This document shows, one piece after another, positions 39,173-49,689 of a stretch of DNA of 64,000 nt. The notes below the pieces were generated by a model. The model did no database searches, was not told the origin of the DNA, and saw only the letters and a list, made by a program, of their open reading frames with translations. Source of the DNA: Syntrophorhabdaceae bacterium (GTDB taxonomy: Bacteria > Desulfobacterota > Syntrophorhabdia > Syntrophorhabdales > Syntrophorhabdaceae); NCBI GenBank assembly GCA_963665295.1, contig OY762209.1:3968001-4032000 (forward strand), written 5' to 3'. How positions within the stretch are numbered: the first letter of the stretch is position 1; every line of letters begins with the position of its first letter. Position numbers and translations under genes: made by a program.

Positions 39173-39783
39173 GATCCTCCGAGCAAGGTTTCTTCAGACA
39201 CGAATGCTTTTGTCTTCCCCTTCCCATCCTTCATATTCACCGTGATCTTCACCTGTCTCGGCAGCTTGCCTTCAGTGCTTTCGCCCCAGGCGTCAAGCCA
39301 GCTTGTCCCGTCGTAATAACTGAGATCGAAACCGGTGATAATCCTCGAAACCTCGAATACCGTACCCGTCTTCTTAAGGTCTGCCTTCAGGTCCCGCGCC
39401 TCCATCCTTATAAAGACCTTATCCCCTTCCAGGGTCTTTATAAGTTCATAGGCTACGCGGCTCAAACCTGTCGGGTTTTTGCCCAGGGCCGTGGAAGTGA
39501 CGAATTCAATCCGGGACGCCGCCTCAGTACCCACTTCGACAATTTCTCCTTTGAGAGGGTACTTCTGGGACGACACGACGCCCCTCAAGTCGTGCTTCAG
39601 GAGTTCCACAAGAATCCTCCCGGTTTCGAGAAGTTCCTGCTCTTCCGACGCGGCGTCAATAGTGCGGTTTATGCCGAAATATGTGGTATAGGCAATCATC
39701 AGGATAAAGGCGGACAGGCCTACGGCCAGCAACAGTTCGAGCAGGGTTACGCCCTTTTCGCCGCCCCTTGCCGGTCCGGCCAT
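39169..39783 (-). CDS. gspJ: minor pseudopilin GspJ
   Basis: Prepilin motif G/VTLLELLLA; W.D.W...LPRQVKI; start uncertain. Confidence 0.82.
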   Translation of the reverse strand: MAGPARGGEKGVTLLELLLAVGLSAFILMIAYTTYFGINRTIDAASEEQELLETGRILVELLKHDLRGVVSSQKYPLKGEIVEVGTEAASRIEFVTSTALGKNPTGLSRVAYELIKTLEGDKVFIRMEARDLKADLKKTGTVFEVSRIITGFDLSYYDGTSWLDAWGESTEGKLPRQVKITVNMKDGKGKTKAFVSEETLLGGS

Positions 39784-39829
39784 ATGCGCATTCTTCCCGT
39801 TATTCACCAACCTTGTGTCCTTCCTTTTT

Positions 39830-40201
39830 TCAGCGCTTTCCCAGATATGTAGCAAGGGACACGGAGCTTCTCCTCTCATCCCAGAATACCTCCATCTCCA
39901 CAATCCGGATGTCTTCAATAGGGGATTCCCGCACAGTCTTCCGGTATCTGTAGCCATTACGGTCATCGGGGTCGACCAGTCCGTCCACCTGCCCTGTTTC
40001 CGGCCACGGTTCCCGCTCCACTTCCTTAAGACGCGCTTCCGCGATCATGGTCGCTTCCGTCAACCTTCTCGCGTGCTCCTCCATCTTCACCCCTGTAGAC
40101 ACCAGTGAAATGAAAGACACCAGGGCAATCCCCGCGATCGCGACAGCGACCGTCACCTCAAGGAGTGTGAGACCGTTCTCTGAGAGATATCTCTTCGACA
40201 T
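39830..40201 (-). CDS. gspI: minor pseudopilin GspI
   Basis: [13 protein letters not shown]; size and position. Confidence 0.82.
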   Translation of the reverse strand: MSKRYLSENGLTLLEVTVAVAIAGIALVSFISLVSTGVKMEEHARRLTEATMIAEARLKEVEREPWPETGQVDGLVDPDDRNGYRYRKTVRESPIEDIRIVEMEVFWDERRSSVSLATYLGKR

Positions 40202-40682
40202 ATGCGTTCTGCGCTTCAACCTTTGCGGTGAGCGGCTGGATCACCACCGAATAATATTGGGTTCTCGATTCAAAGTGGATAATAGTTCTGTCTACCAGAC
40301 CGGAGGGGTAGAAATTCATCGTGCGGGTCCCTCTTATGGCCTTTTCACCGTTTATCACCACGTCTTTCAGTACATATCCTTCAGGCAGATCGAGTTGCTT
40401 CGTGGATTTGAACCCGTCAACAGGATTTATTACGCCGACACTCATCGTGTTGCCCGTAAGATCAAACTGTATGGACTTCACCTGGAAAGCGGAGATCGCG
40501 TCCTCCCTGAGGAGGGCCACTTCGATGGAGAATTTCTCCAGGAAAGATTCCGATCCTTTCTTCGAAAAGGCTCCCCAGTTAACCGCCGCAAACGACACAA
40601 GGACCGACATCAGAAAAACGACCACAAGTAGTTCAAGAAGCGTAAACCCTCTAGTCTTTTTCCAAGTCCGCGCTGGAAACAT
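40158..40682 (-). CDS. gspH: minor pseudopilin GspH
   Basis: [10 protein letters not shown] and FYPSG motif. Confidence 0.82.
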   Translation of the reverse strand: MFPARTWKKTRGFTLLELLVVVFLMSVLVSFAAVNWGAFSKKGSESFLEKFSIEVALLREDAISAFQVKSIQFDLTGNTMSVGVINPVDGFKSTKQLDLPEGYVLKDVVINGEKAIRGTRTMNFYPSGLVDRTIIHFESRTQYYSVVIQPLTAKVEAQNAYVEEISLRERSHTP

Positions 40683-41139
40683 CGGCATTCTTCCCTGTCC
40701 CTCCGGGTTCTCCGTCCGCTCCATAGCTTGTAATGACGTAATCCCTGCCCTCCGGTCCCGGCGAGATATAGTAAAAGGGGTTTCCCCACGGGTCCTTGGG
40801 CAGAGTCTTGCTTTCAAGATAACCCCCTTCTCTCCATTTCTTCGGTATCGGATTCATCTCGGGCTTGATTAGGAGCGCCTGAAGGCCCTGTTCGGTGGTC
40901 GGATACGAGCCCGTATCGAGCTTGTAGAGTTTGAGCGCACCTTCAAGGGTTCTCACATCGGTTTTGGCTTTGATACGCCGCGCCTCTTCCGGCCTCTCCA
41001 TGATCCTCGGGATAAGAAGGGTGGCCAGGATGCCGACTATGACAACCACTATCATCAATTCAATGAGCGTAAAGCCCATCTTGCCGTTTAAGGTACTCCT
41101 CGTTTCGCGGTCTGAATACATCGTCATGTAGCGCTTCAT
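40651..41139 (-). CDS. gspG: major pseudopilin GspG
   Basis: [38 protein letters not shown] and SYGADG. Confidence 0.95.
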   Translation of the reverse strand: MKRYMTMYSDRETRSTLNGKMGFTLIELMIVVVIVGILATLLIPRIMERPEEARRIKAKTDVRTLEGALKLYKLDTGSYPTTEQGLQALLIKPEMNPIPKKWREGGYLESKTLPKDPWGNPFYYISPGPEGRDYVITSYGADGEPGGTGKNADVSSADLEKD

Positions 41140-41157
41140 GCCACTCACCTCAGAAAT

Positions 41158-42369
41158 TTATTTTACAAGGATCTTGTTCATTTCAAAAAGAGGAAGAAGG
41201 ACGGACACAAGGACAAAAGAGACCACCACCCCCATGGCCATTATTATCACGGGCTCGACCATGGATGTAAAGGCCGTAATCTTCTGATTGACGTTTACCT
41301 CATAATACTCCGATACACGGGCGAGCATCTCCTCCACATTGCCTCCACTCTCACCCACCGACACCATATCCGCCACGTATGAAGGGAAGACCTCGGTGCT
41401 TCTTATAGCCACAGACAGGTCCGACCCGCCTTCGACCATTTCCGCCATCTTCATGATGTTCTCCGACACAATCACGCTTTTCATGGTCCTGCTCACCACC
41501 ACGATGGACTGAACCATCGTGACACCGCTTCTTAAGAGGGTGGACATAATCCTCGTGAACCTATTGACCAGGATCATAGTGTAAAGGTTACCATAGACCG
41601 GCAGCCTGAGAAGCATTGAATCCCAGGTCCTCCTCCCTTTGGGGCTTCTTTTTATCCATTGAGAGAGTGCAACGCCCCCGGCAATCATGATGACCACCAC
41701 AATAAGCATATAATTATTCACAAAAGCGGCTGTTCCAAGCAGGAGTCGCGTGGGCGTGGGCAACTTCTGGTTCATTCGTTCGAAAATCTTCATCACCATG
41801 GGAACAACCACCACCATGAGAAACATAAGGACTCCCGTTCCCACGGTCGCCATGATTGCGGGATAGATGAGGGCCGTTCGGATCTTTCCCCTGAGTATGG
41901 CCCTGTCTTCAAGCAGGTCGGCCTGGTAGGTGAGAATCGAATCGATAGCTCCGCTTCTTTCCCCCGCCTGAACCGAATAGACGAAAAGCTCGTCAAATAT
42001 CTTCGGATAGGTCTTGAGCGCATCCGAAAGAGAGGCGCCACCTTTCACCTGGTCACGAAGGGAGCCTACGATCTCCTTTTCCTTCTCGCCGTCAAGCTGA
42101 TTCGTAATAATCGCGAGAGCCTGGAACAGGGGGACACCCCCTTTCAGAAGGGAAGACAACTGACGTGCCAACTGTATGGGCAGTTTCTTCCTTACCCCGA
42201 AGGAGAAGAGGATCCTCTTCCTCTCCTGTGTCCTGCCCGTCTCTTTGAGCGACACAAGGTAGAGTCCCTTCTTCTTTATCCCGGCTCTTGCCGAAACTTC
42301 CCCGTCGGCCTCCAGATAGCCCGTCTCGGGCCTGCCGGATTTGTTGAGTGCCTTGTATTTGAATCTCAT
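41158..42369 (-). CDS. gspF: type II secretion inner-membrane platform GspF
   Basis: FKYKAL, RQLSSLLKGGVPL, AGERSG, ALIYP, VGESGG and EP..I. Confidence 0.92.
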   Translation of the reverse strand: MRFKYKALNKSGRPETGYLEADGEVSARAGIKKKGLYLVSLKETGRTQERKRILFSFGVRKKLPIQLARQLSSLLKGGVPLFQALAIITNQLDGEKEKEIVGSLRDQVKGGASLSDALKTYPKIFDELFVYSVQAGERSGAIDSILTYQADLLEDRAILRGKIRTALIYPAIMATVGTGVLMFLMVVVVPMVMKIFERMNQKLPTPTRLLLGTAAFVNNYMLIVVVIMIAGGVALSQWIKRSPKGRRTWDSMLLRLPVYGNLYTMILVNRFTRIMSTLLRSGVTMVQSIVVVSRTMKSVIVSENIMKMAEMVEGGSDLSVAIRSTEVFPSYVADMVSVGESGGNVEEMLARVSEYYEVNVNQKITAFTSMVEPVIIMAMGVVVSFVLVSVLLPLFEMNKILVK

Positions 42370-42538
42370 AGGCTTTATTCGGGTCATAGTATATCACAAA
42401 ACCAGGCCCCTATTCATGAGTGCGTGAAATTACCGGTTATTTTCCCGGGAAATCCCGATAAATTTCTGATAGACTATATCCCATGGCGATACCGTGTCCC
42501 TTTTTACGCCGGACTTTCCACAAGAGAGAAATCCCGGA

Positions 42539-43135
42539 ATGATTCTCAAGGTTAAGGCCCTCAGGCAATATGGGCTGCCGTTTGCCGCTTCCACGTTGTG
42601 CGCCGTGGTCATACCGGCCGTCCTGCTCATGTTGGTCCATTCATCCTTCCTGGCCATTCCCGTGCAGGCGGGAGCCGCATTCAACGCCGTAAAACCCGCG
42701 CCCGCAAAGGATGCCCAGACGAACGGCACGGCAGACTTCAGCATAATCGCGGAAAGGAACCTCTTCCGCGCAAAGCTGAAGGTTGAACTCCCCAAACCCA
42801 AAACGCCTAAGGAACTGGAAGAAGAGGCCCTCACAAACATAATACGCCCGATGATATTGAAAGGGGTGTGGCTCGGGCAGAACAACAACGACATCTTTGC
42901 GGTCATCGACAGGGGTCCCCAGAGGGGCGTTTGGATCTACAGAGTCGGCGACAGCGCGGACAGAGGCCTTGTTGTCTCGGAAATCCAGCAGAATTCCGTT
43001 ATTCTCAAAAAGGATGATTTTGTTGCCTCTCTCAAGCTCTTTGCCAAGGGTTTTCAGAGAGTTCATCCCAAGAGCGGGGAAACCCGCACTGAAGGGTCAG
43101 GCCCGGACAGGCCCCGACCGGACAGGCCACGGTGA
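42539..43135 (+). CDS. gspC: GspC-like protein (TM plus HR domain, no PDZ)
   Basis: N-terminal TM, IAERNLF, LKGV..G...FAVID and YRVGD; upstream of gspD. Confidence 0.7.
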   Translation: MILKVKALRQYGLPFAASTLCAVVIPAVLLMLVHSSFLAIPVQAGAAFNAVKPAPAKDAQTNGTADFSIIAERNLFRAKLKVELPKPKTPKELEEEALTNIIRPMILKGVWLGQNNNDIFAVIDRGPQRGVWIYRVGDSADRGLVVSEIQQNSVILKKDDFVASLKLFAKGFQRVHPKSGETRTEGSGPDRPRPDRPR

Positions 43136-43289
43136 CCGTCCCGAGAACGGCCGCCCTCTCATCGGGACGGCCCATCCAAGCCCTGCCAAAAAGTCATCCG
43201 TAACACAGAGTGGACGGCAATACAAGAAAAAACCGTTTATTAATAAGAGAAATAATGTATAATAACCTCAAATAAGCAGAGGGGAGTAA

Positions 43290-45257
43290 ATGACGTTAAG
43301 GATACAGGCCTGCGTTATCGCATTAGTTTTTCTTCTTTCGTCAACTCTATACGGACAAGAGAAACCACCGCAGCCGCCTGCGCCGCCCACCGCGGGAGAA
43401 AAGGCTCCGGAAACCCAGGAGGGTCAGAAAAAGGCGCAACAGCCCCCTGCCCCACCCACCGCCGCGGAACAGGCTCAGGAACCCTCGCCAGGACAGGAGG
43501 GTCAGGAAACCAAGCGACTTCCCCGGATCAAGAAAACCCCCCAGCCGGATTTGTCCGAACAGCCTCTGCGTTCTTCTCCCATACCTCCAGGTTCGCAGGG
43601 GAGAAGAGAAACCCTCCCTCCGCATAGCGGTCCGGGCGCCCGGATGGTGCGGCCCTTGTCGTCCACACCCTCGTCGAGCGGCCCCATCAGGATGAACTTC
43701 GACAACGTGGAACTCCGTGACCTTATCCGCTTCATGAGCAATGTGATGGGCAAAAACGTTGTCTTTGACGAGAACCTGATCCGGGGAAAAGTGACGGTCC
43801 TTTCCCCCAAGAACCTTACGAAGGACGAGGTATTCAGACTCTTCGTCACTACTATGAACTACTTCGGTTTCGCGGTCGTACCCACACCGGAGGCGATAAA
43901 AGTGGTCAGGCAGACGGATGCCAGGGGGATGGCCCTCGAAAAGCTGGAAAGAAGCTCCCTTTCGGACCTGCCACCCGAAGACAGGTTTATGACCTATGTT
44001 CACAACCTGGAATATCTCGATTCCACCACCATGGTCGGCGTTTTGAAGCCCATGATGTCAAAAGATGCCCATATCGTCGCCATTCCATCCACGAACACGC
44101 TCATTATGATCGATACGGGATCAAACATCCAGCGGATAAAGAGAATCCTCGTTGAAATCGACATCCCCATTTCAAAGCAATTAGGGAGCCTGAGGGTTTA
44201 CAATGTGCAACACACGAACGCGGTGGATCTTGCGAAGACGATTCAGGCCCTTTTGTCCGAAAGCAAGAAAGCGCAGACCCCCAAGGAAAAGATCTTCGTC
44301 ACCTCTTACGCATCCACAAACGCTCTTCTCATCAGCGCGCCTCCGGAAGACATGATGGAGATAGAGCGCATAATCAGCGAGCTTGATACCTTGAGACCAC
44401 AGGTCCTGGTAGAGGCCGCTATTATGGAAGTCACCACCATCAAGGGCGAGCAGTTCGGCGTCGAATGGCTCTCAGGGACCAACGGTCTCGGCTTGGCGGG
44501 TGGATTTGTGAAGAGTGCGGATTCCAACTATATCCCTACGTCCCAGGCCCTTCTCAACGGCACCACAACCAATTCGGCAGTATCTACCGCGATCGGCACC
44601 CTGAGCGGGTTCAACATAGGGGTGCAGGCCGGCAGCATCACGTACAAAGGTGTCACCTATCCTGCCATAAGCGCATTGGTTCGCGCACTCAGCACCCAGG
44701 ACAATGTGAATATCCTTTCCACACCTCAGCTTCTCACCGTGAACAACGAGGAGGCCGAGATCATCGTAGGCGAGAACCGGCCTTACCAGACGAGTTCGAG
44801 ACTCGACGCCTCCGGAAATCCAACCTATTCATACGAATACAAGGATGTGGGTATCAAGCTCAAGATCAAACCCCAGATTAACAAGGACGGTTATGTAAAT
44901 CTCAATATATACCAGGAAGTCTCACAGATCAGCACCAACTCCAATACAGGGGCCCTTGCCCCGACCACGCTCAAGAGGTCGACAAAGACGACGGTCGTGG
45001 TCAAGGATTCTCAGACCGTCGTGATAAGCGGATTGATCAAGGACAATCTGAACGCAAGTTCCCAGGGCATTCCTTTTTTGAGCTCCATACCCATCATAGG
45101 GTATCTCTTCGGGTCAAAGACGAAATCGAACGAGAAGACGAACCTCCTTGTCTTTCTCACGCCCAGGATCATCTATACCGCCGAGCATCTGAACGATGTG
45201 ACAAACATGAAGAAACAGGAGCAGGAACAAATGCTCTTCCAAGGAAAGAAACCATAA
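43290..45257 (+). CDS. gspD: type II secretion secretin GspD
   Basis: Signal peptide, Pro-rich linker, [40 protein letters not shown] and [15 protein letters not shown]. Confidence 0.95.
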   Translation: MTLRIQACVIALVFLLSSTLYGQEKPPQPPAPPTAGEKAPETQEGQKKAQQPPAPPTAAEQAQEPSPGQEGQETKRLPRIKKTPQPDLSEQPLRSSPIPPGSQGRRETLPPHSGPGARMVRPLSSTPSSSGPIRMNFDNVELRDLIRFMSNVMGKNVVFDENLIRGKVTVLSPKNLTKDEVFRLFVTTMNYFGFAVVPTPEAIKVVRQTDARGMALEKLERSSLSDLPPEDRFMTYVHNLEYLDSTTMVGVLKPMMSKDAHIVAIPSTNTLIMIDTGSNIQRIKRILVEIDIPISKQLGSLRVYNVQHTNAVDLAKTIQALLSESKKAQTPKEKIFVTSYASTNALLISAPPEDMMEIERIISELDTLRPQVLVEAAIMEVTTIKGEQFGVEWLSGTNGLGLAGGFVKSADSNYIPTSQALLNGTTTNSAVSTAIGTLSGFNIGVQAGSITYKGVTYPAISALVRALSTQDNVNILSTPQLLTVNNEEAEIIVGENRPYQTSSRLDASGNPTYSYEYKDVGIKLKIKPQINKDGYVNLNIYQEVSQISTNSNTGALAPTTLKRSTKTTVVVKDSQTVVISGLIKDNLNASSQGIPFLSSIPIIGYLFGSKTKSNEKTNLLVFLTPRIIYTAEHLNDVTNMKKQEQEQMLFQGKKP

Positions 45258-46780
45258 TGGAGCCTGCTCTGGTCGAGTCTGACCCTCTCAGCCCGATTCC
45301 CACCAATATCGCACGCATACCCTACACCTTCTTCCAGAAGAACGGCATCGTCCCGCTGGGTTGCCGGGAGAACAACTCGGTTCTCGTAGTGGCGGTTCAC
45401 GAGGACGGGGAGAGCAACAAGTCAGATATATTGGGCGTCTACGCCAACATGCAGGTCGAAAAACAGTACGTAACGAAAGAAGAGTTCGAGACACACCTCC
45501 ACAACTTCAAGGAGGAGCAGGGCCGTGAGGTGGTAATAGGTGTGGTCGAAGGGCTTGAAGGCAGCATCTCCGATATCGCCCAGGAAATACCCAATGGTCA
45601 CGACCTTCAGGACGACGCAGCAAATGAGCCGCCCATCATCAAGCTTGTCAATCTGGTCTTCTCCATTGCGATCCAGGATAGGGCGAGCGACATACATATC
45701 CAGCCCCTCGAGCATGAGGTCAGGGTAAGGTTCAGAATAGACGGCCTGCTCTACGACATTTACAGGCTTCCAAAAAGGACTCAGAACGCCGTGGTGTCGA
45801 GGATAAAGGTTATGTCGGGTCTTGATGTGGCTGAAAAGAGGATGCCTCAGGACGGAAGAATCAAGCTGAGAATAACAGGGCGCGAAATCGATGTCAGAGT
45901 TTCGATCATCCCATCCGTATACGGGGAGCAGGTCGTAATGAGACTCCTCGACAAGGGCGCAACGCTTATTACTCTTGAGGAGATCGGTGTAGCGGGATTG
46001 AATAAAACCATATCCTCCCTCATCCAGAGGCCGCAGGGCGTGTTTCTCGTTACCGGTCCCACCGGGAGCGGCAAGACGACAACCCTTTATTCCGCGCTCC
46101 AGCACATCAACACTGCGGAAAAGAATATCCTTACCATCGAAGACCCGGTCGAATACGTGCTCCAGGGTATCGCACAGATGCAGGTAAACCCCAAGATCCA
46201 CCTCGACTTCGCCAAGGCCCTCAGGTCTTTCCTTAGACAGGACCCTGATGTCATCATGGTCGGAGAGATAAGGGATGAAGAGACTGCCCAGATCGCCATC
46301 CAGGCCGCTCTCACCGGCCACCTCGTCTTTTCCACGCTCCATACGAACGACTCTGCAAGCGCCCTCACCCGGCTTATCGATATGGGGGTTGAACCTTATC
46401 TTCTTACTTCATCGATAACAGCGATCCTCGCCCAGCGTCTCGTGAGAAAAATTTGCCCCCTTTGCAGGGAGTCGTACCAGGTATCGGATTTTGAGCAGGA
46501 ACTTCTCCCGGATTACTTCAGGGAGGGACCCAGGCCCCTCTACAAGGGCAAAGGCTGCGATAACTGCCTCAGTACGGGGTTCTCAGGCAGGGTCGGTATC
46601 TTCGAGCTGCTTACCCTCTCTACCCGTATCAGGCAGATGGTGCAGGAGAAGGCGTCGTCAGAGGAAATCAAGGCTCAGGCTATCAAGGAAGGCATGACCA
46701 CCCTCAGACAGGACGGAATAAACAAGGCGTTCCAAGGCGTCACAACCCTCTCCGAGGTCATGAGAGTCTCTATAGAATAG
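45257..46780 (+). CDS. gspE: type II secretion ATPase GspE
   Basis: [59 protein letters not shown] and tetra-Cys motif. Confidence 0.95.
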   Translation: MEPALVESDPLSPIPTNIARIPYTFFQKNGIVPLGCRENNSVLVVAVHEDGESNKSDILGVYANMQVEKQYVTKEEFETHLHNFKEEQGREVVIGVVEGLEGSISDIAQEIPNGHDLQDDAANEPPIIKLVNLVFSIAIQDRASDIHIQPLEHEVRVRFRIDGLLYDIYRLPKRTQNAVVSRIKVMSGLDVAEKRMPQDGRIKLRITGREIDVRVSIIPSVYGEQVVMRLLDKGATLITLEEIGVAGLNKTISSLIQRPQGVFLVTGPTGSGKTTTLYSALQHINTAEKNILTIEDPVEYVLQGIAQMQVNPKIHLDFAKALRSFLRQDPDVIMVGEIRDEETAQIAIQAALTGHLVFSTLHTNDSASALTRLIDMGVEPYLLTSSITAILAQRLVRKICPLCRESYQVSDFEQELLPDYFREGPRPLYKGKGCDNCLSTGFSGRVGIFELLTLSTRIRQMVQEKASSEEIKAQAIKEGMTTLRQDGINKAFQGVTTLSEVMRVSIE

Positions 46781-46844
46781 GCGGCCTGGGCGGATAGCCT
46801 CCGCCGATGGGCGTGTATCCTCACCTGTAGCCCGCTGACGTGCT

Positions 46845-47786
46845 TTAACGGTGGGGTTTTATGTAGAACACGTTGTCGCCGAAGTGGTAGCTCTCGATAA
46901 CTCCCGAATGCTCCAGAACGGCAAGACCACTTTTCGCCTTCAGGTATGGCACTCCGGTGATCCTTATAATATCTTCGAGGTTCATGGATCTTCTTTCCAG
47001 TATGTCAAGGACCTTCTCTTCCCACCCCTCTTCCTCGTTCCCTACTTCGACCGCTTTCTCAAAGGAACACACAACCTCACAGTTATCTCCAAGGTAATTG
47101 CACACCTTCTCAAGCTCCGCGGGTTCCATCATCCCCCTTATTTCCACATTGGGCGGTCTCGTTACCGTGTTAAGCTGGACCTTATCTACTCCGATATAAT
47201 GGATAATGTCCTTGAATTTTGCCAGTTCCTCGGGGTCGTCATTCACGTCCCGTACCATCATGATCTCAAGCCATATCCGGCCTCGATAAACGCTCCGGAA
47301 ACTCTTCAGGCCCTCTATCATCACGTCCAGGTCGATAAGAGGGTGCGGTCTGTTGATGTAGTGAAAAATATCCTCACTTGCCGCATCCAGGGATGGCAGG
47401 ACCACGTCGGCGTCCATAAGATCATTGCGCACGTCCTGTCTGAATAAAAGCGACCCGTTTGTAATGACCGCCACAGGTATATTCACCCTCTTCTTGATCT
47501 CCCGGATCATGGTGCCCAAATCGCTATTCAGGGTAGGTTCACCCGAACCGGAAAAAGTCACGAAATCGACGTGCTTCGCCCCCTCTATCTCCCTGATTAC
47601 CTCACCCACCACATCTTCCACCTCAAAGAACCTTCTGCGCTCCACTTCAAGGCACGTGGTCTTACCGATCTGGCAATAGAGGCAATCGAAACTGCAGTAC
47701 TTCGGCAAGATAGTGTCGACGCCCAATGAAAAACCCAATCTTCTCGAAGGGACCGGTCCAAAGACATGCTTGTTCATAGGCAACAT
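46845..47786 (-). CDS. radical SAM Fe-S protein of unknown function
   Basis: FGPVPSRRLG.SLG, CSFDCLYC, FSGSGEPTL and TNGSL. Confidence 0.85.
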   Translation of the reverse strand: MLPMNKHVFGPVPSRRLGFSLGVDTILPKYCSFDCLYCQIGKTTCLEVERRRFFEVEDVVGEVIREIEGAKHVDFVTFSGSGEPTLNSDLGTMIREIKKRVNIPVAVITNGSLLFRQDVRNDLMDADVVLPSLDAASEDIFHYINRPHPLIDLDVMIEGLKSFRSVYRGRIWLEIMMVRDVNDDPEELAKFKDIIHYIGVDKVQLNTVTRPPNVEIRGMMEPAELEKVCNYLGDNCEVVCSFEKAVEVGNEEEGWEEKVLDILERRSMNLEDIIRITGVPYLKAKSGLAVLEHSGVIESYHFGDNVFYIKPHR

Positions 47787-47880
47787 AATAAACGATTATC
47801 AGAAAAAAAGTAAATAGCTTCGCGGTAAGAAGCTTGTTTATATTGACATTTCACCCGCGATATACTAATAATAAACACAC

Positions 47881-47957
47881 GGGCGATTAGCTCAGATGGT
47901 TAGAGCGCTGGTCTCACATACCAGAGGTCGTTGGTTCGAATCCAATATCGCCCACCA
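47881..47957 (+). tRNA. tRNA-Val(CAC)
   Basis: GGGCGAT acceptor stem, CTGGT-CT CAC AT-ACCAG anticodon arm, GGTTCGAATCC T arm, encoded CCA. Confidence 0.95.
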
Positions 47958-47978
47958 TTCAACCTTTCAGGGGGATTA

Positions 47979-48731
47979 ATGTCGGGTCACAGCAAATGGA
48001 GTTCGATTAAGCATAAAAAAGGTGCGGCTGATGCCAAAAGAGGCAAGATTTTTACGAAGTTGATCAGAGAAATAACTACCGCTGCACGTATGGCCGGAGG
48101 AGATCCGGAGTCGAACTCAAGGTTGAGGGTGGCTATCGCCCAGGCGAAATCCGAAAATATGCCCAAAGACAATATTGAAAAGGCCATCAAGAAGGGCACG
48201 AGTTCAGGCGAAGGCGGAGTGAACTACGAGGAACACATCTATGAAGGATACGGCCCCGGAGGCACTGCGGTCCTTGTGGCAGCCCTGACCGACAACAAGA
48301 TGAGAACCACCGCCGAGGTGCGTCACGCCTTTTCAAGGCTTAACGGCAACATGGCAGAAGCAGGGAGCGTTTCATGGCAGTTCAGCAAGAAAGGGCTCAT
48401 TACCTTCGACAGGGCCACCGTGGACGAGGACAGCCTCATGGAGCTCGCTCTCGAGGCGGGCGCGGAGGATATTTCCGATGAGGGCGATGTGGTTGAGGTC
48501 TATACGGACCTTTCAAGTTTTGAAAAAGTGAGAAAGGTCTTTGACGAGAAGGGACTGAAGTACCTCTCCTCGGAAATGGCCATGATTCCCCAGACCACGG
48601 TAAAACTGGAAGGGAGAAACGCGGAAACAATGCTCAAACTCATGGAGACGTTGGAAGACTCCGACGACGTCCAGAACGTATATGCAAATTTCGATATCTC
48701 CGAAGAGGAACTGGAGCGGTTAAGCCAATAG
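47979..48731 (+). CDS. yebC: YebC/PmpR-family protein
   Basis: [26 protein letters not shown] and DDVQNVY.N. Confidence 0.95.
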   Translation: MSGHSKWSSIKHKKGAADAKRGKIFTKLIREITTAARMAGGDPESNSRLRVAIAQAKSENMPKDNIEKAIKKGTSSGEGGVNYEEHIYEGYGPGGTAVLVAALTDNKMRTTAEVRHAFSRLNGNMAEAGSVSWQFSKKGLITFDRATVDEDSLMELALEAGAEDISDEGDVVEVYTDLSSFEKVRKVFDEKGLKYLSSEMAMIPQTTVKLEGRNAETMLKLMETLEDSDDVQNVYANFDISEEELERLSQ

Positions 48732-48767
48732 GCTTTCCCCCGGATTCTATTCAGCTGCATCTTTAAG

Positions 48768-49364
48768 TCAGATACCTTTCCTGTTTTCAAACGAGCTTTT
48801 TATCGTAAGGGGGTCGATATAGACGATATCGCCTCCCACCGGAACACCGGATGCGATCCTCGTTATCTTCACGTCCACCTGTTTCAAAAGCTCGCCTATG
48901 TAGTGTGCCGTCGTATTTCCTTCGATATTCGGGTTGGTCGCTATTATCAGTTCCTTTATCCCTTCCCTCTCGATTCGGGCCTTCAGTTCCTTGATCCGTA
49001 CCTCATCGGGACCTATGCCTTCTATGGGGTTGATCACCCCGTGGAGGATATGATAACGGTATACTCCGGGGTTTGCCGACTCCACCACCATCATATGGGA
49101 TGACTCCTCGACCACGCATACCGTGGACTTATCCCTTTTCTCGTCCGCGCATATCCTGCACGGGTCCGAGTCGGTAATGTTAAAGCAGACGCTGCACAAT
49201 CTGATCTTTTCCTTAATGTCCAGAAGGCTCCCCGACAACTCCGAAATGTAGCTTTCCTTGCTGTTCAGCAGGAAGAAGGCAAGCCGCGTTGCGGTCTTCT
49301 TGCCGATACCCGGCAGCCTGCTCAAATTCTCTATAAGACGCTCTATCGGTTCCGGATAGTACAT
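48768..49364 (-). CDS. recR: recombination protein RecR
   Basis: LPGIGKKTA.RLA, CSVC...CRIC zinc finger, ATNPNIEG and TRIASGVPVGG. Confidence 0.95.
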   Translation of the reverse strand: MYYPEPIERLIENLSRLPGIGKKTATRLAFFLLNSKESYISELSGSLLDIKEKIRLCSVCFNITDSDPCRICADEKRDKSTVCVVEESSHMMVVESANPGVYRYHILHGVINPIEGIGPDEVRIKELKARIEREGIKELIIATNPNIEGNTTAHYIGELLKQVDVKITRIASGVPVGGDIVYIDPLTIKSSFENRKGI

Positions 49365-49679
49365 TTACATTCCAAAAGGCAATTGCAGGCCGCCTGTAAT
49401 CTTGGACATCTCTTCCTGAAGCATGTCTTTCGATTTGTTAAGGCCTTCATTTACTGCTGCAATGATAAGGTCTTCAAGCAGTTCTTTGTCCCGCTCTTCC
49501 CATATCTCGTCGGCAATCTTGACGGACAGCACTTCCTGCTTTCCATTCACGACACAGGTTACCATTCCCCCGCCCGACTGTGCCTCAATCGTCTTGTCCG
49601 CCATTTCATCCTGCATCTTTTGGAACTTTTCCTGCATCTTTTTTGCCTGGCTTAAGAGCTGGCCTAACTGTTTTGACAT
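49365..49679 (-). CDS. ybaB: YbaB/EbfC nucleoid-associated protein
   Basis: QAKKMQ, SGGGMV and LEDLIIAAVN; between dnaX and recR. Confidence 0.93.
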   Translation of the reverse strand: MSKQLGQLLSQAKKMQEKFQKMQDEMADKTIEAQSGGGMVTCVVNGKQEVLSVKIADEIWEERDKELLEDLIIAAVNEGLNKSKDMLQEEMSKITGGLQLPFGM

Positions 49680-49689
49680 ATTACCTCCT

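Noticed and set aside
35075..46780. Type IV pilus locus
   Set aside because: GspG and GspK signatures, a T2SS-type secretin and no PilT point to type II secretion
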